Assembly (NCBI RefSeq): GCF_009914755.1 | Contig: NC_060939.1 | Source: the human T2T-CHM13v2.0 reference genome, Homo sapiens | DNA: 64,000 bases | Strand: one strand, 5' to 3' | In this document: in pieces, positions 12,421 through 23,406 of the stretch | Layout: each line of letters begins with the position of its first letter | Numbering within the stretch: the stretch's first letter is position 1 | The notes under the pieces: model-generated | Databases searched by the model: none | What the model was told of the DNA's origin: nothing | Seen by the model: only the letters and a program-made list of their open reading frames with translations | Made by a program: the position numbers and the translations under genes

Positions 12421-13780
12421 TGATAAACGAATTGGCAATCTCCAAGCATTCCAAAATTGGATGGTACAGAATGTGTGGTCCATATTTTAATTAAAAATAT
12501 GTCATGTGGATATGTTTAAGAGTTGTTTCTACCTTCAATATTTAATGTTTCATGTTTACTCCTCTCCTATGCAGAAAATTGTAGAACACAAAGACGCCCA
12601 CCACCATCTAACCCCAGAGGACTAAGGTGATTGAGGAAGTCAACAGGGACAAGGCACCCTTTACCTGGCAGAACTTCCCTGGGCACTTGGCAAGACAGGA
12701 ACTCGGTCGGTGGGACTTAGGAACATCCTTCCTTTCTCGACAGGTAGCAGGCCCAGTATTGCCTCATTTTTCTAAGCTTTTCCCGCTCCTCTCTGGCTGT
12801 CAGATTGCTGTTATCTTCACTGTGACTTCTCACTGCTATTAATGAGCTCTTCTTCATAACCAAATTTTCCAGACAACTAAATTTAAATGCAAAACCCTTT
12901 GCATTTTCAACTTCCCTGCTGGATGTTTCTTTTTTCCACCTAAAATGCATTACACACATCCTTGCCTTTTTAAACAGAGTAGACAGATCATGATTTACAT
13001 TTTCTTGATGACCTTACATCAATACGACCAGCCTAATGAGCCTGCCAGGCTGTAGCACAGCAAAACCCTCAGAAGCTCTTGATGGATGCAGAATTTGTAG
13101 CCCTACTACAAATGGCCCTACCCTGATATGACTTCCTATTCCAACGGTTATCGCATCCATTTTAACTATTTTCTGGCTCTTTTTTTGATATTAGGCTGCA
13201 GGCCATCACCTCTTAAGCTGTCCCCAGGGCCCCTCCTCCCTCCCAAATGTGCTGTGCCCAGTATCCTCTGCAGCCTCTTGGAGCCCAATAGGTAAGAGCT
13301 GGCACCTGGAATTAGGCTGACCTGGAGATGACACGCTAGCACCGGAAGCCAGATGCCTTCAGGCCAGTTACTAGAGCTTCTCCAGCCATCAGATTTTCCA
13401 TAGCAAAACTAGTTGTGGTGAGGGTTAGAGAAGGTAATGCCTAAGTCCTCAATTCACTGTGGATGCATGGCACTAGTGGAATAAATAGCTGATTCCATTT
13501 GTATTGTTAGAAATGCATGTAAAGTAAGCGTAAATAGGATCTAAGGGAATATGAAAACATTCACACACACATACATGCACATGCATACAGATAGGCAGAT
13601 ATTTGCCCTTGTTTTCATATGACTTTGTTTTGCTCCCCCTTTTGGATAACTGAAGTTGCCAGTTAAGTGAAGCTTTCCTGGAGGTGCAGTCACAATTCAC
13701 ATTTACATGGCGGTACCTAAGCGTACGACACTACCATTATGTTCAGAATACTGGCAGGAGGCAGCTGAAGCTGATGTTTC

Positions 13781-13782
<2 letters not shown>

Positions 13783-13830
<48 letters not shown>
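13783..13830. repeat. (GT)24 microsatellite at the position of an Alu tail
   Basis: 48 nt of perfect GT. Confidence 0.98.
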
Positions 13831-13831
<1 letters not shown>

Positions 13832-13832
13832 T

Positions 13833-14067
13833 TAACACAGAGCCTCACTGTCACCCAGGCTGGAGTGCAGTGATCTCAGCTCACTGCAAACTCTGCCTCC
13901 CAGGTTCAAGCAATTCTCGTGCCTCAGCCTACCGAGTAGCTGGGACTATAGGCATGTGTCACCACGCCTGGCTGATTTTTGTATTTTTAGTAGAGACAGG
14001 GTTATACCATGTTGGCCAGGCTGGTTGCGAAATCCTGGCCTCAAGCAATCAGCCTGCCTAGGCCTCC
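13833..14067 (-). mobile_element. Old Alu (AluJ/Sz-like), 5'-truncated
   Basis: Antisense Alu body; TSD gatgttt at 13773-13779 and 14069-14075 flanks the Alu plus the GT repeat. Confidence 0.92.
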
Positions 14068-15109
14068 GGATGTTTTTTATATGTGAATACTCTACTCCTC
14101 CAACACAAAATTCAAAAGCTTCAAAAACAAGATTGCATACAGGTGTCCCTTCTCTCCAGCTAGTGCCTGCAGAAGCTAGTCTGGAATTCCATTTCCTAAC
14201 AAGTCAGCATTGGAGCACACACACGCATGAATGCACGTGTGCACACACACGCACAATGTGCCGCGCTTTTGACTCCGAAGCCTTGTAGGGCAATGAGGAA
14301 ATTGATTTGTTATCCAGGCGTATTATGTCTAGTGATCCAGACAGCAACATTAGCTTTCAATTATCTGATATGTTTAGCATCATAAACAAACCGTCTGGAG
14401 CAACAGCTCCATGGTGCTAAGGCATCAAGGGGGCTGGGAAGGAGCGCATGGGATCACGCTAGCCAAGTCACCTGGCTCTCCCTCCCTTGACAGCTGTTGT
14501 GGGGGACAGTGTGCTAGATGCCTGGGGAGCCAGACCTGAGAGCCCCAGGCAGCCAGGGGTTGGGACGGCTTGTGCCGGTGACCCCAGCATGCCAGCACGT
14601 TAGCACACAAGCCTACAAGCAGCTGTGCGCCAAGGACCACGGTGAACCAGCCCCGCATCTGGGGCCACCCCTGGGACCACAGAAAGGAACATTCAGATCG
14701 TGCAGCAAACAGATGGAAGACGACAGCATCTGTGCTGGCTTCCTGATCAATTCCAAAGTATTGTGCCAGGAATGAAGAACGTTTGTGCACACACCTGTGT
14801 TCTGCAGGTGCAAAGATGCTGTGTCTCCTAACAGGAAAAGATCAAGGGCACATCTTCACTGCTACCCCACTAAGAAAAGGGCTAACTCCCAGGAGCGAGA
14901 TTTCACCTGGGAGCCAGCCAGTTCACTGGGGAGTCCAGGCCATTGTGGCTGAACCCCAGCCTGTGGCCTCCTATCCTACCCCTCCCCAGCCTATCTGCTT
15001 CTATTTTTACTGCTGCTGCCTGGGCTGGCACAGGATGGCAACCCCAGCTTGCCTACACATCAATGCTCCCGGTAACCACCACCTATTCTAACCCGGAGAA
15101 CAAGCATCC

Positions 15110-15700
15110 CCTCCTACCTGGCCTCCCTGCTTTCCCTCTTCAACAATCTACATTATTGCAACCACTCTCTCCTGCCTAAAACCCTCCAATGGCTTCCTTT
15201 GGCTATGACAATAAAATCCAGTGATGTCCAGACATCACTGGAAGCCACCCTCAAGGTCCTGCACAAGCTGGCCACCAGATGCCTCTAGGGCTCCTTCTCT
15301 GAACACACTCCCCTTGTTTTGTGGGCTCCAGTCACACTGTCCTGCTTCTGGTCTTTAAATATGCCAAGCTTATTCCCAACTGGACCTCCTACGTGAAACA
15401 CTCATCCCTGGCTTCTTTCAATCCCTCAGATCTCCACTCAAAAATCACCTTCTCGGAGAAGCCTGCCCTGACCCCACTGTGTTAGCAGCCCCTGCATTTC
15501 CCCTCCAGTTGCTCTCTGGCACAAACGCCTGTTTATGTCCTTCACAGCCCTTAATAACCATCTGTAATTGTCTTATTAGATTATTTGATTATGTGTTTGT
15601 CATCAGTGTCTCTACATTAGAACCATAATGCATGAGAACAGAGATCATATCTGTCTTACTCACCATTTACTCACCCCCAGAATCTTAAATTGGGGCACTA
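15110..15700 (+). mobile_element. LINE L2 3' fragment
   Basis: cctgcctaaaaccctccaatggcttcc...cagatctccactcaaaaatcaccttctcggagaagcctgccctgacc. Confidence 0.82.
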
Positions 15701-16329
15701 CCCCTGAGTAAGTATACACCTGGAAAGCCATCCAGGGCGGTGCTATGTAGCCACCCAGCTGCCCCACCTCACTGCCAGAGGATCTCCACCCTCAGTACCT
15801 GCACGGCCCTCACCCTGGCCCCCTGAGCAGCCCAGGGCCCTGGTCTGACCCTACAGGCACCCTGAACTTGATCTCTGGGGAGAGCTGTGGCCCCGAGCAC
15901 ACCACTGAACATCCCACCCAGGGACAGGCATGCTGGAGGCATAACTGCAGGGCACAGCAGCAAGGGGAAGGTGATCTCAGAGGTCTCAAGGGCCCCATAT
16001 CCAGAGCTCCCTCCCAGGCCCAGGTCTCAGCTTGATGTCCACTGTCAGGGTCAGCAGTGGGGAAGTAGGAGGGCCCTACACACCAAACGAAGAGGAAGCA
16101 GAAATGTCCTTGGCACCCAGGCACATCTTTTCCACCTTTCCTGTCCCTACATGACTATGGCCTTCACCAAAGCATGAGTTTTCTAAGGGCAAGGCCAGGA
16201 GGCTGTGGTTCCAGTGTTATGCAAATAGTGACCACTAGGCGAATAAATGAACGAATCCCCAAAGGGATCAATGTCAGACCTTAACCATTTAGCTATCAGC
16301 TTCCCATGTGGACTTTCTACCCGGCCTCA

Positions 16330-18047
16330 ACCTTTCCCACCTTCTCAGGAACATATTCATTTTTTCTCTTCCTCTTCTCTACCCTCAACTGTCTCTCTGC
16401 TATGTTTTTCCATCAACATATAAACATGTTTTAGGAAAGCTCATCTACAAAAAGAAAAAAAACCTCCTTGACTCCATGTCCTCCTCCAGCTACCAACTCA
16501 TGTGTCTACGCCTCTTTATGGCAAATGGTTTAAAAGAATCGTCTACACCTGCAGGCCCTTCTTCCTCGCCTCCCTTTGATTCTCCATCCTAGTTTGTCTT
16601 CGATCCTACTACTCTACTGAAACTGCACTGTCAAGGTCACCAGTGATTTTTATGTTTGCAAATCCAATCGACTCTTCTCTGTCACCCATTATTCAATCTC
16701 TGGGTAGCATTTTACCCGGTTAACCACTCTTTCTTCCTTGAAACATTCTTTCCTCTCTGGCTTCCTTGACTACACTCTCTCCTGGGTTTCTTTCTACTCT
16801 CTGGATATTCTTTCTTAGGCTCCTTCGCTGATGTCGTATTCTTTGCCTGATCCTTAAATGTTGGAGTCTCCCAGGGAGCCTGGGGCTCCTCTATTCACTT
16901 CCTCTCTCATGTGCCAAGGTGATCTCCCCCAAGTGCTCTGCTCTGAGCGCCGTCCTTGTGCTGATAGCACTCAAATGTGCATCTCTGGCAGAACTTTCCC
17001 TGAGCTCCAGATGTTTAGCTGACATCTTAGCAGATCCAATACCAGCCCCTGCTTTCCTCCCAGTGAGCTGTCTCCATATCAATAAATGACACTGGTATCA
17101 TGGAGTTGTCCCAGACAAACCCTGTCATTGATTCTACCCTTCAACTCTATCTACTTCTTGCCACATCCACTATTATCACCTGCGTCCAGGCCACCATCAC
17201 CTTTCATAAAGACCCCTGCCTCCAAAACATGACTACTGTTTCCACTGCGGCCCAATTAAAATCTGTCCTCCACACAGAAACCCCAATGAATTAGTTGGAA
17301 TATAAATTTAATCATGCCCTCCACCAAAACAAACAAAAAACCTCTAGTGGCTTCTCCTGCACTTGGACTTGGGGGAAAATTCTGACTCCACCATGACCAG
17401 CAGGATCCTTCCTCATGTAACATATGCCATTCCCTCCTCAGCTGAAACCTCCCTCTCTCTTTATTCACTTGACTTCAGCCTCACTGGTCTCCTCTCAGGA
17501 CCTTCGCATTTATTTTTCCCTCGGCCAAGACAGCAGCTTCAGGATTCTTTTGAAATGTCACTTCTCCAGAGAAGCCTTCCCTGACCAACCTAGCTAGGGT
17601 CATTCTCTGAACCTTCCTCTAGATCAATAGTGCTCATGCTCAAGTCAGGGGCGGACTGTGCCCCCCAGGCTTGGGTTGTCTGAAGACATCAGTTTTGATT
17701 GTCACTATTGGGGCGGTGCCACTGGTGTCTAGCGGGGTGAGGCCAGAGATGTTATTAATCTCCTACAATGCACAAGACAGCCCCCACCCCCAACAGAGAA
17801 TTATCCATTCCAAAATATCAGTAGCGCTAAGGTTGAGAAATGATGCTCTAGATAACTCATTTATTATCACTTACCAAAACCTCTGATTATGTCACCTATG
17901 TGTTCACTTGTTTATTGTGTCTCTCTCCTAATGCATTGCAGGCTCCCTGAAGGCAGGCAACCTGTCTTATTCACTATTGTATCTGCAGCACTCATCCAAG
18001 TTCCCGGTACATAGTAGAAATTTTAAATAAACAAATTAATAAATGAC
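16330..18047 (+). mobile_element. LINE L2 (about 1.5 kb) interrupted by MER20
   Basis: actctactgaaactgcactgtcaaggtcaccagtga...aaatgtcacttctccagagaagccttccctgacc; the 3' end with tail follows the MER20. Confidence 0.85.
17625..17845 (+). mobile_element. MER20 DNA transposon with a perfect 8-bp TSD
   Basis: TSD ctctagat at 17617-17624 and 17846-17853; cctacaatgcacaagacagccccc...ggttgagaaa. Confidence 0.9.
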
Positions 18048-19714
18048 TGTCCCTCCTCAGAACCCTGTGACCTCTCAACAAGTCATGAAAAATCTGTGGT
18101 TACCAAGGTCTTGATTGGGACAGCACTTTTTCCAACCACTTGAAGAGTCTAAAGCATAAAGGAGCAAGCTGTGCCCATGGGATTGGGGTCAGAGGGGTGG
18201 AACCCTTGTAGCCCCTTGGAGAAAGTCTCCTCCTGTCTACAAATGAGAATCAAATCATGTTGATTATAAAACCTCTGATCCTTACTAGGCATCTTAGCTT
18301 TGAACCAGGGGAGAAAATGGAGGCCTTTGATCAAGAGTAAAAACAGCCTCGGGCAGGGAGACAGACATTGATTTTGACCCTTACTCCCCAAGGGGTCTTG
18401 GGGGGAAAAGCCTGAGTGAGAAGGAGTTTGGTCCAGGCCTGAGCAGCTGGCTTGAAAGTAATCCAATAGTGCGAGCTCTGTGCCTAAAATCAGCTGGCCC
18501 CAGGGGTTCTGAGAATGCTGCCCTTTGGGTGGCCAATTTCCTTAGGAAAATATGAAATGGCCAGGCCACCCTTTACTGAATTATAAAGCACTTATCACTT
18601 CTTTAATAACTACCCGCATGGAGGACTTAATTCACTCAATATGGAAGTTATAAAGGCGAATTGGTGAGTGAGCATTAAGCTCAAGTGCATTGCATAAAGA
18701 CTTATGAGGGCAATATTTTCGCCCATTAAAAGGGTAGATTTTCTCACTGCAACTCTGCCTCAGAGTTAATGCAGAAAAGTCGCTCCAAAGCTTGGGGCAT
18801 TTTCATTGTTAGAGGGTAAGTTCAGGTCACTAGGAGGAAAGGGAGTCCTTGACTTTGCAGGAATAATTATCCCAGAACCTGAGGGTGTCAGTGTGATTAG
18901 TCAAGGTAAGCATCAGAAAGACAAGATCACATTTGTGATGCCTGGCCCTCTCTTTCGTGCACAGCAAGCCGGGATGCGACCGAGGCACAGTGAAGAAGAG
19001 AGAAGTCACAGGATGAAGAAGGAAGGGTGGGCTGGGATGGGGGCTGCAGAAGAATGTGGAGCAGGGGCTGCAGGAGGGAGGCAGGCCCCAGGGCCAGCTC
19101 CTGTAAGACCTGAGCACTGAGAGGAACACCTACTTACATCTGGGGCCTGAAAGGGAGGAAATGATATTCACCCTTGTTATCTGTAAGGAAACCAGCTCTG
19201 GAATTTCTGAAGGTTCCAGAGGGCTCCATTTAAGGAGCTGGAGCAGTAGCCTTCCTCACCCAAGTGAAGGAAATGCAGGTTTCTCTCTTGTTCGCTTTTC
19301 TCTCCCTTACTTCATCATTGCCACCCAATTCCTTTCCTCCAGCAATAAACCATCTGTTCTCTTCCTCATATACTCACCCTCTGGGAAGGCATCTCTCCAT
19401 TCACATGACTTCAATTACTGCCTAATTAGAGATTGATTCTAGTTCTACAGCTCTACCCTTGATGCCTAACCTGTCTCCTGTCCTGAAGTTCTTGTTATCA
19501 CAATATGCATTCCCCTGAACTCTAAAGAGCAAATATGGACAGAATGGCTCACTCTTCCCACCTGAACTTTCCCAAACTACCTTCAATGAGTACTCCTGAC
19601 TTGAAACATGGCAGCAGAGATGGTCAGTCAATTTTAACTTATGTACAATACTAGTGGGTTGGCAAGAGCTAACACAGAGTGCTGTGATTAGAAGAGGTCT
19701 ATGGTTGAGCAGGA

Positions 19715-19715
<1 letters not shown>

Positions 19716-19749
<34 letters not shown>
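19716..19749. repeat. Poly(A)34 tract with no adjacent Alu/L1 body
   Basis: 34 consecutive A. Confidence 0.95.
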
Positions 19750-19752
<3 letters not shown>

Positions 19753-20499
19753 CTGTGATTGATTAGTGATGTCTGCCCTGGGCACAGTACATGGAAGGAC
19801 CATGAAAGTATCATCCATTGACCACATCTACTCAAAAGGCTCTGTGAGGTCTTTTCTTTCTCAGATTCAAGTCCCATCAGTCCCTCCTTCCTGATATTGC
19901 AAGTAACTTCCCTTGTCTTTTTATTTCTACAGCTTCTATCTTAGACAGCCTCATGCCCAGAAGGATAGGAGGACCTCTTAGCAACCCTTTCAGCTTTCAT
20001 TCTTTGAGTGCTAACTTGTTCTAGGCTCCATTTTTTACAAAGATGACATCGATCATGTCCCCTACAGGCCCAAGACATCCCAATGGCTATCAAACGCCTC
20101 ACACCAAACCAAACTTCTATTAGGAAGCCTTAAGCCTGCAGGAAATCTGAAACTGAGGAGAAGGGACTATAAACAGAGCTACAGACCCTTTGAGGACAGA
20201 AGCAACTTTTTCTCTGTTTCCCGTGTCCAAACCATTGCACTACTGAGATGCTTTCCTGAGGCTTGAATCCAGCTGGAAGCTGAGAGGAAAGGGGGTTGCT
20301 AATGGGACCTGTGTAAATGGCTTTTGTGACTCTCATTCTTCCTGTCCCCATGTGTCCTCATCTTTTTCTCAAAGAAAATAAAACATCAAGCTACTCCAGG
20401 GAGGTGTGCTTACTTCTACAGAGAAATCCACCTGCCAGGCATCATCATGCCGTCTCCCCTCTGGTTCTTCCCTGTACTATTTTTGGAAGCGGTTTGTTA

Positions 20500-20720
20500 T
20501 AATGAAAAAAAATAACAGCTTTGGGGTCAGCACTGAGCTTCACTTTCCAGTCTGTCACTGACAAGCTAGGTGATCTCCCATGGCCTCAGTTTCCTTATCT
20601 GTAAAATAGAGATAATGATGCTGAACTCATGGAGGCATCATAACAATGAACTAAAATAGTGTTTGTAAAAAGCCCTAGCACATTCCCTGAAATATGCTAG
20701 GGCTCAAAGAATGTTTATTT
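20500..20720 (+). mobile_element. MIR SINE
   Basis: ggcctcagtttccttatctgtaaaatagagataatgatg. Confidence 0.8.
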
Positions 20721-23033
20721 TCCTCTTCAAAAAGAAAAGCAATCCTCGGGTTGGGCAGGAATTGAGGTCAGGACTGGGGCCACCATGGCAGGGAGGGTAA
20801 CCCTACTTGTAGCTTCAGTGGCTGAGGCTGTGACAGACGTGTAGTGTGAGACTCTTCCCAGCCACCCCCTTCCCATCCTTACCCACTGCTTCCTCCTCCT
20901 CTCATAACCCAGCCTGCACTTTACAAGTCAGCCAAACAAAGCCCTGGCTGCCCAGATATGGTTCCCTCCAGTGTCCTCTGAGCCATGGTGCCTCTCCCTG
21001 CCCACCTCTGGGTACTCAGAATGTCAGTGGAGCTGAATGTCTCCTCCTGGGGTTCCAAAGTGCCACATCTTCCTCTCCCCTAAGCTTTTAACAAACCATC
21101 GCCACCCAGTCACAGTCACTCAGTGATCCCAGCCTCACCCTCTAATTCCTGAGAAATTTTTCTAGGTGGCTGCTGATGTATGTATGTAATCCTGTCACCT
21201 GTGTGTCTAGGCATTATCTGCCTGGCTTCCCTTGTGAGAGCATAAATTCCTTGACAACAAAGTCTGCTGCATTCTATTTATTTTGTTCACCCTCCTCGTG
21301 CCCCATGCTCAGTTCTGCGCTCAGTAAGCATTCAGACCTTGCAGAAATTCCCAGAAGCTTCTCCTTGAAGCTGGGACCAGGTGGGCTCCAACCTGCAGTG
21401 GGAAAGAGCTGTCTAAGTAGCCTGGGACAGGGCTGAGGTCCAATGCCAAGGGCCCAAGAAGCACAAAACAGAGAGCTGAGGAGAGATGCTGACTGACACA
21501 CACTCCTCAGAGTCTCATCCTGCACAACTCAGCCAGGATGTCCTCGCCTTTGGAAAGCCTTCCTTGGCCCCCTGTTTCTCAGTCACAAATTTCTCTGCTG
21601 TGCTGTCCATCATGGAACTAGGGCTGATATTTGAGACAAGTAACACTTCATAGAGCACAAACTCAGGACCAAATGGACATCACATCCTAAGCCAGGCACT
21701 GATCCTTAGTTCCTGGATCCAGGGACAGGGTGGGGTGGGGAGAAGGAGGTATCAGGCTGGAATGGCTGGTAGACTGGAATATTGGGCATCATCACTTGGG
21801 GGGCTCAGGGAGCAAATATTTACCCTTTATTATGGAAGTAGTTCACTACTTTCACAACTTCCAGGCTTTAACTGATGTGAGCTGGTGAGAGTCCACTCCA
21901 AATAGAGCCTGCACCTCTCCCAGGACACTCATCATGTCGTCCGGTACTCTTTGACAAGCCTATCTCCTCCACAAGACTCCATGATCCTTGGGGCAGGGAC
22001 TATGTCTTTTATCTCTGCATCCCTGGTGCCAAATGGGGCTCCTGGCTCCTAAAAAGCCCTAGTAAATGTTGCATGGATGCAGCAGGAGTTCTCCTTCCCA
22101 GAGCTGTCAGCTTCACCCTTGGGCAAGAACATTTAATATCCTGAAAGGAATTGTCCAAATTAGTGAAGGGAGGCCCAAGGCACCATCCCAGGAGTCCCAT
22201 AGTGGGGCAGGACAGGGGAATGCAACAAAGACTCTAACCGCCCCTCTTCTAGGGAGACTGGTGGAGCACATCTCCTGGGACTGACCTTCTGCGCTGCACA
22301 AAGTGGAAACCTCAAGGTCAAAGTGGTGTCTGTGCCCTTAACTCCAGCACTGGGGAAAGTGTCTGGGGAGACCCAGTCTTTGGCCCTCACCCCTGCAAGC
22401 ATTCCTCCTCTCTAGGCCAGTAGCAGCAGAGTTTACTCAAAGATCCCAGGGGCTTGGGAATGTAGAACCTCACAGCTGGCTCCTGAAATGGAGTTCAGCA
22501 GGACAGCCTGGGCCACCACTTCCAAGAAAGGAAGTGGTGCTGGTGCCCACTGAGTAAAGAGAAGGAAAAACCTACAGGTGGGAGTCAGGGGAGTCAGAGC
22601 CAGAACACACCAGGATTCTCACGTCCAACCCCAATCAGCTCTCTTCTCACACTATGCACAAGGAAGAGGCACAGCCCATGGCAGTCCAGATAGTGGGTGA
22701 CCGTGAATAAATTGGGAGCATGATTGAGCCCAGGCTCTGAGCCTCTGGTTACAGAGCTCACTCATGTCCCCCTGCATTCACCACAAAGAAGGACTCAATG
22801 GCCAGAAGCCACTCATCAGTTCCCACCTGCCCGGACTGGCCGCCAACCTAGAGCATCTTTACTCAGTGGGTTCAACTTCTCCCAAGCCTAGGTCAGGCTG
22901 ATTTATCCAGGCCTAATCCCAACAGCAGGTATGGCCTGGAACTCCACTTCATTTATTTATAAGCACCTACTATGTGCCAGCTCCCTCTGCCTGGCATCTG
23001 GTGTTCCTGGAGAGATTTCCCCTCCTGCACCAC

Positions 23034-23406
23034 TGATATGGTTTGGCTGTGCCCCCACCCAAATCTCATCTTGAGTTGTAGTTCCCATAATCCCCACGTG
23101 TCATGGAAGGGACCCTGTGGGAGGTAATTGAATCATGGGGCAATTACCTTCATGCTGTTCTCGTGATAATGGGTGAGTTCTCACAAGATCTGATGGTTTT
23201 ATAAGGGGCTCTTCCCTCTTTGCTCAGCACTTCTCCTTCCTGCCACCATGTGAAGAAGGATGTTTTTGCTTCCCCTTCTGCCATGACTGTAAGTTTCCTG
23301 AAGCCTCCCCAGCCATGTGGAACTGTGGGTCAATTAAACCTCTTTCCTTTATAAATTACCCAGTCTCAGGCAGTTCTTTATAGCAGTGGGAGAACAGACT
23401 AATACA
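23034..23406 (+). mobile_element. THE1C/THE1D MaLR solo LTR
   Basis: tgatatggtttggctgtg...cagactaataca, 373 bp, TG...CA ends; 5-bp TSD accac at 23029-23033 and 23407-23411. Confidence 0.95.

Noticed and set aside
13574-13585. Tandem UGCAUG-UGCAUG (RBFOX) on the transcript strand
   Set aside because: Part of a TG/CA low-complexity stretch about 6.6 kb from the nearest exon, with no candidate exon beside it.
16946-16965. RE1-like TCAGCACAAGGACGGCGCT in L2
   Set aside because: The spacer is one base shorter than canonical RE1 and both half-sites have mismatches.
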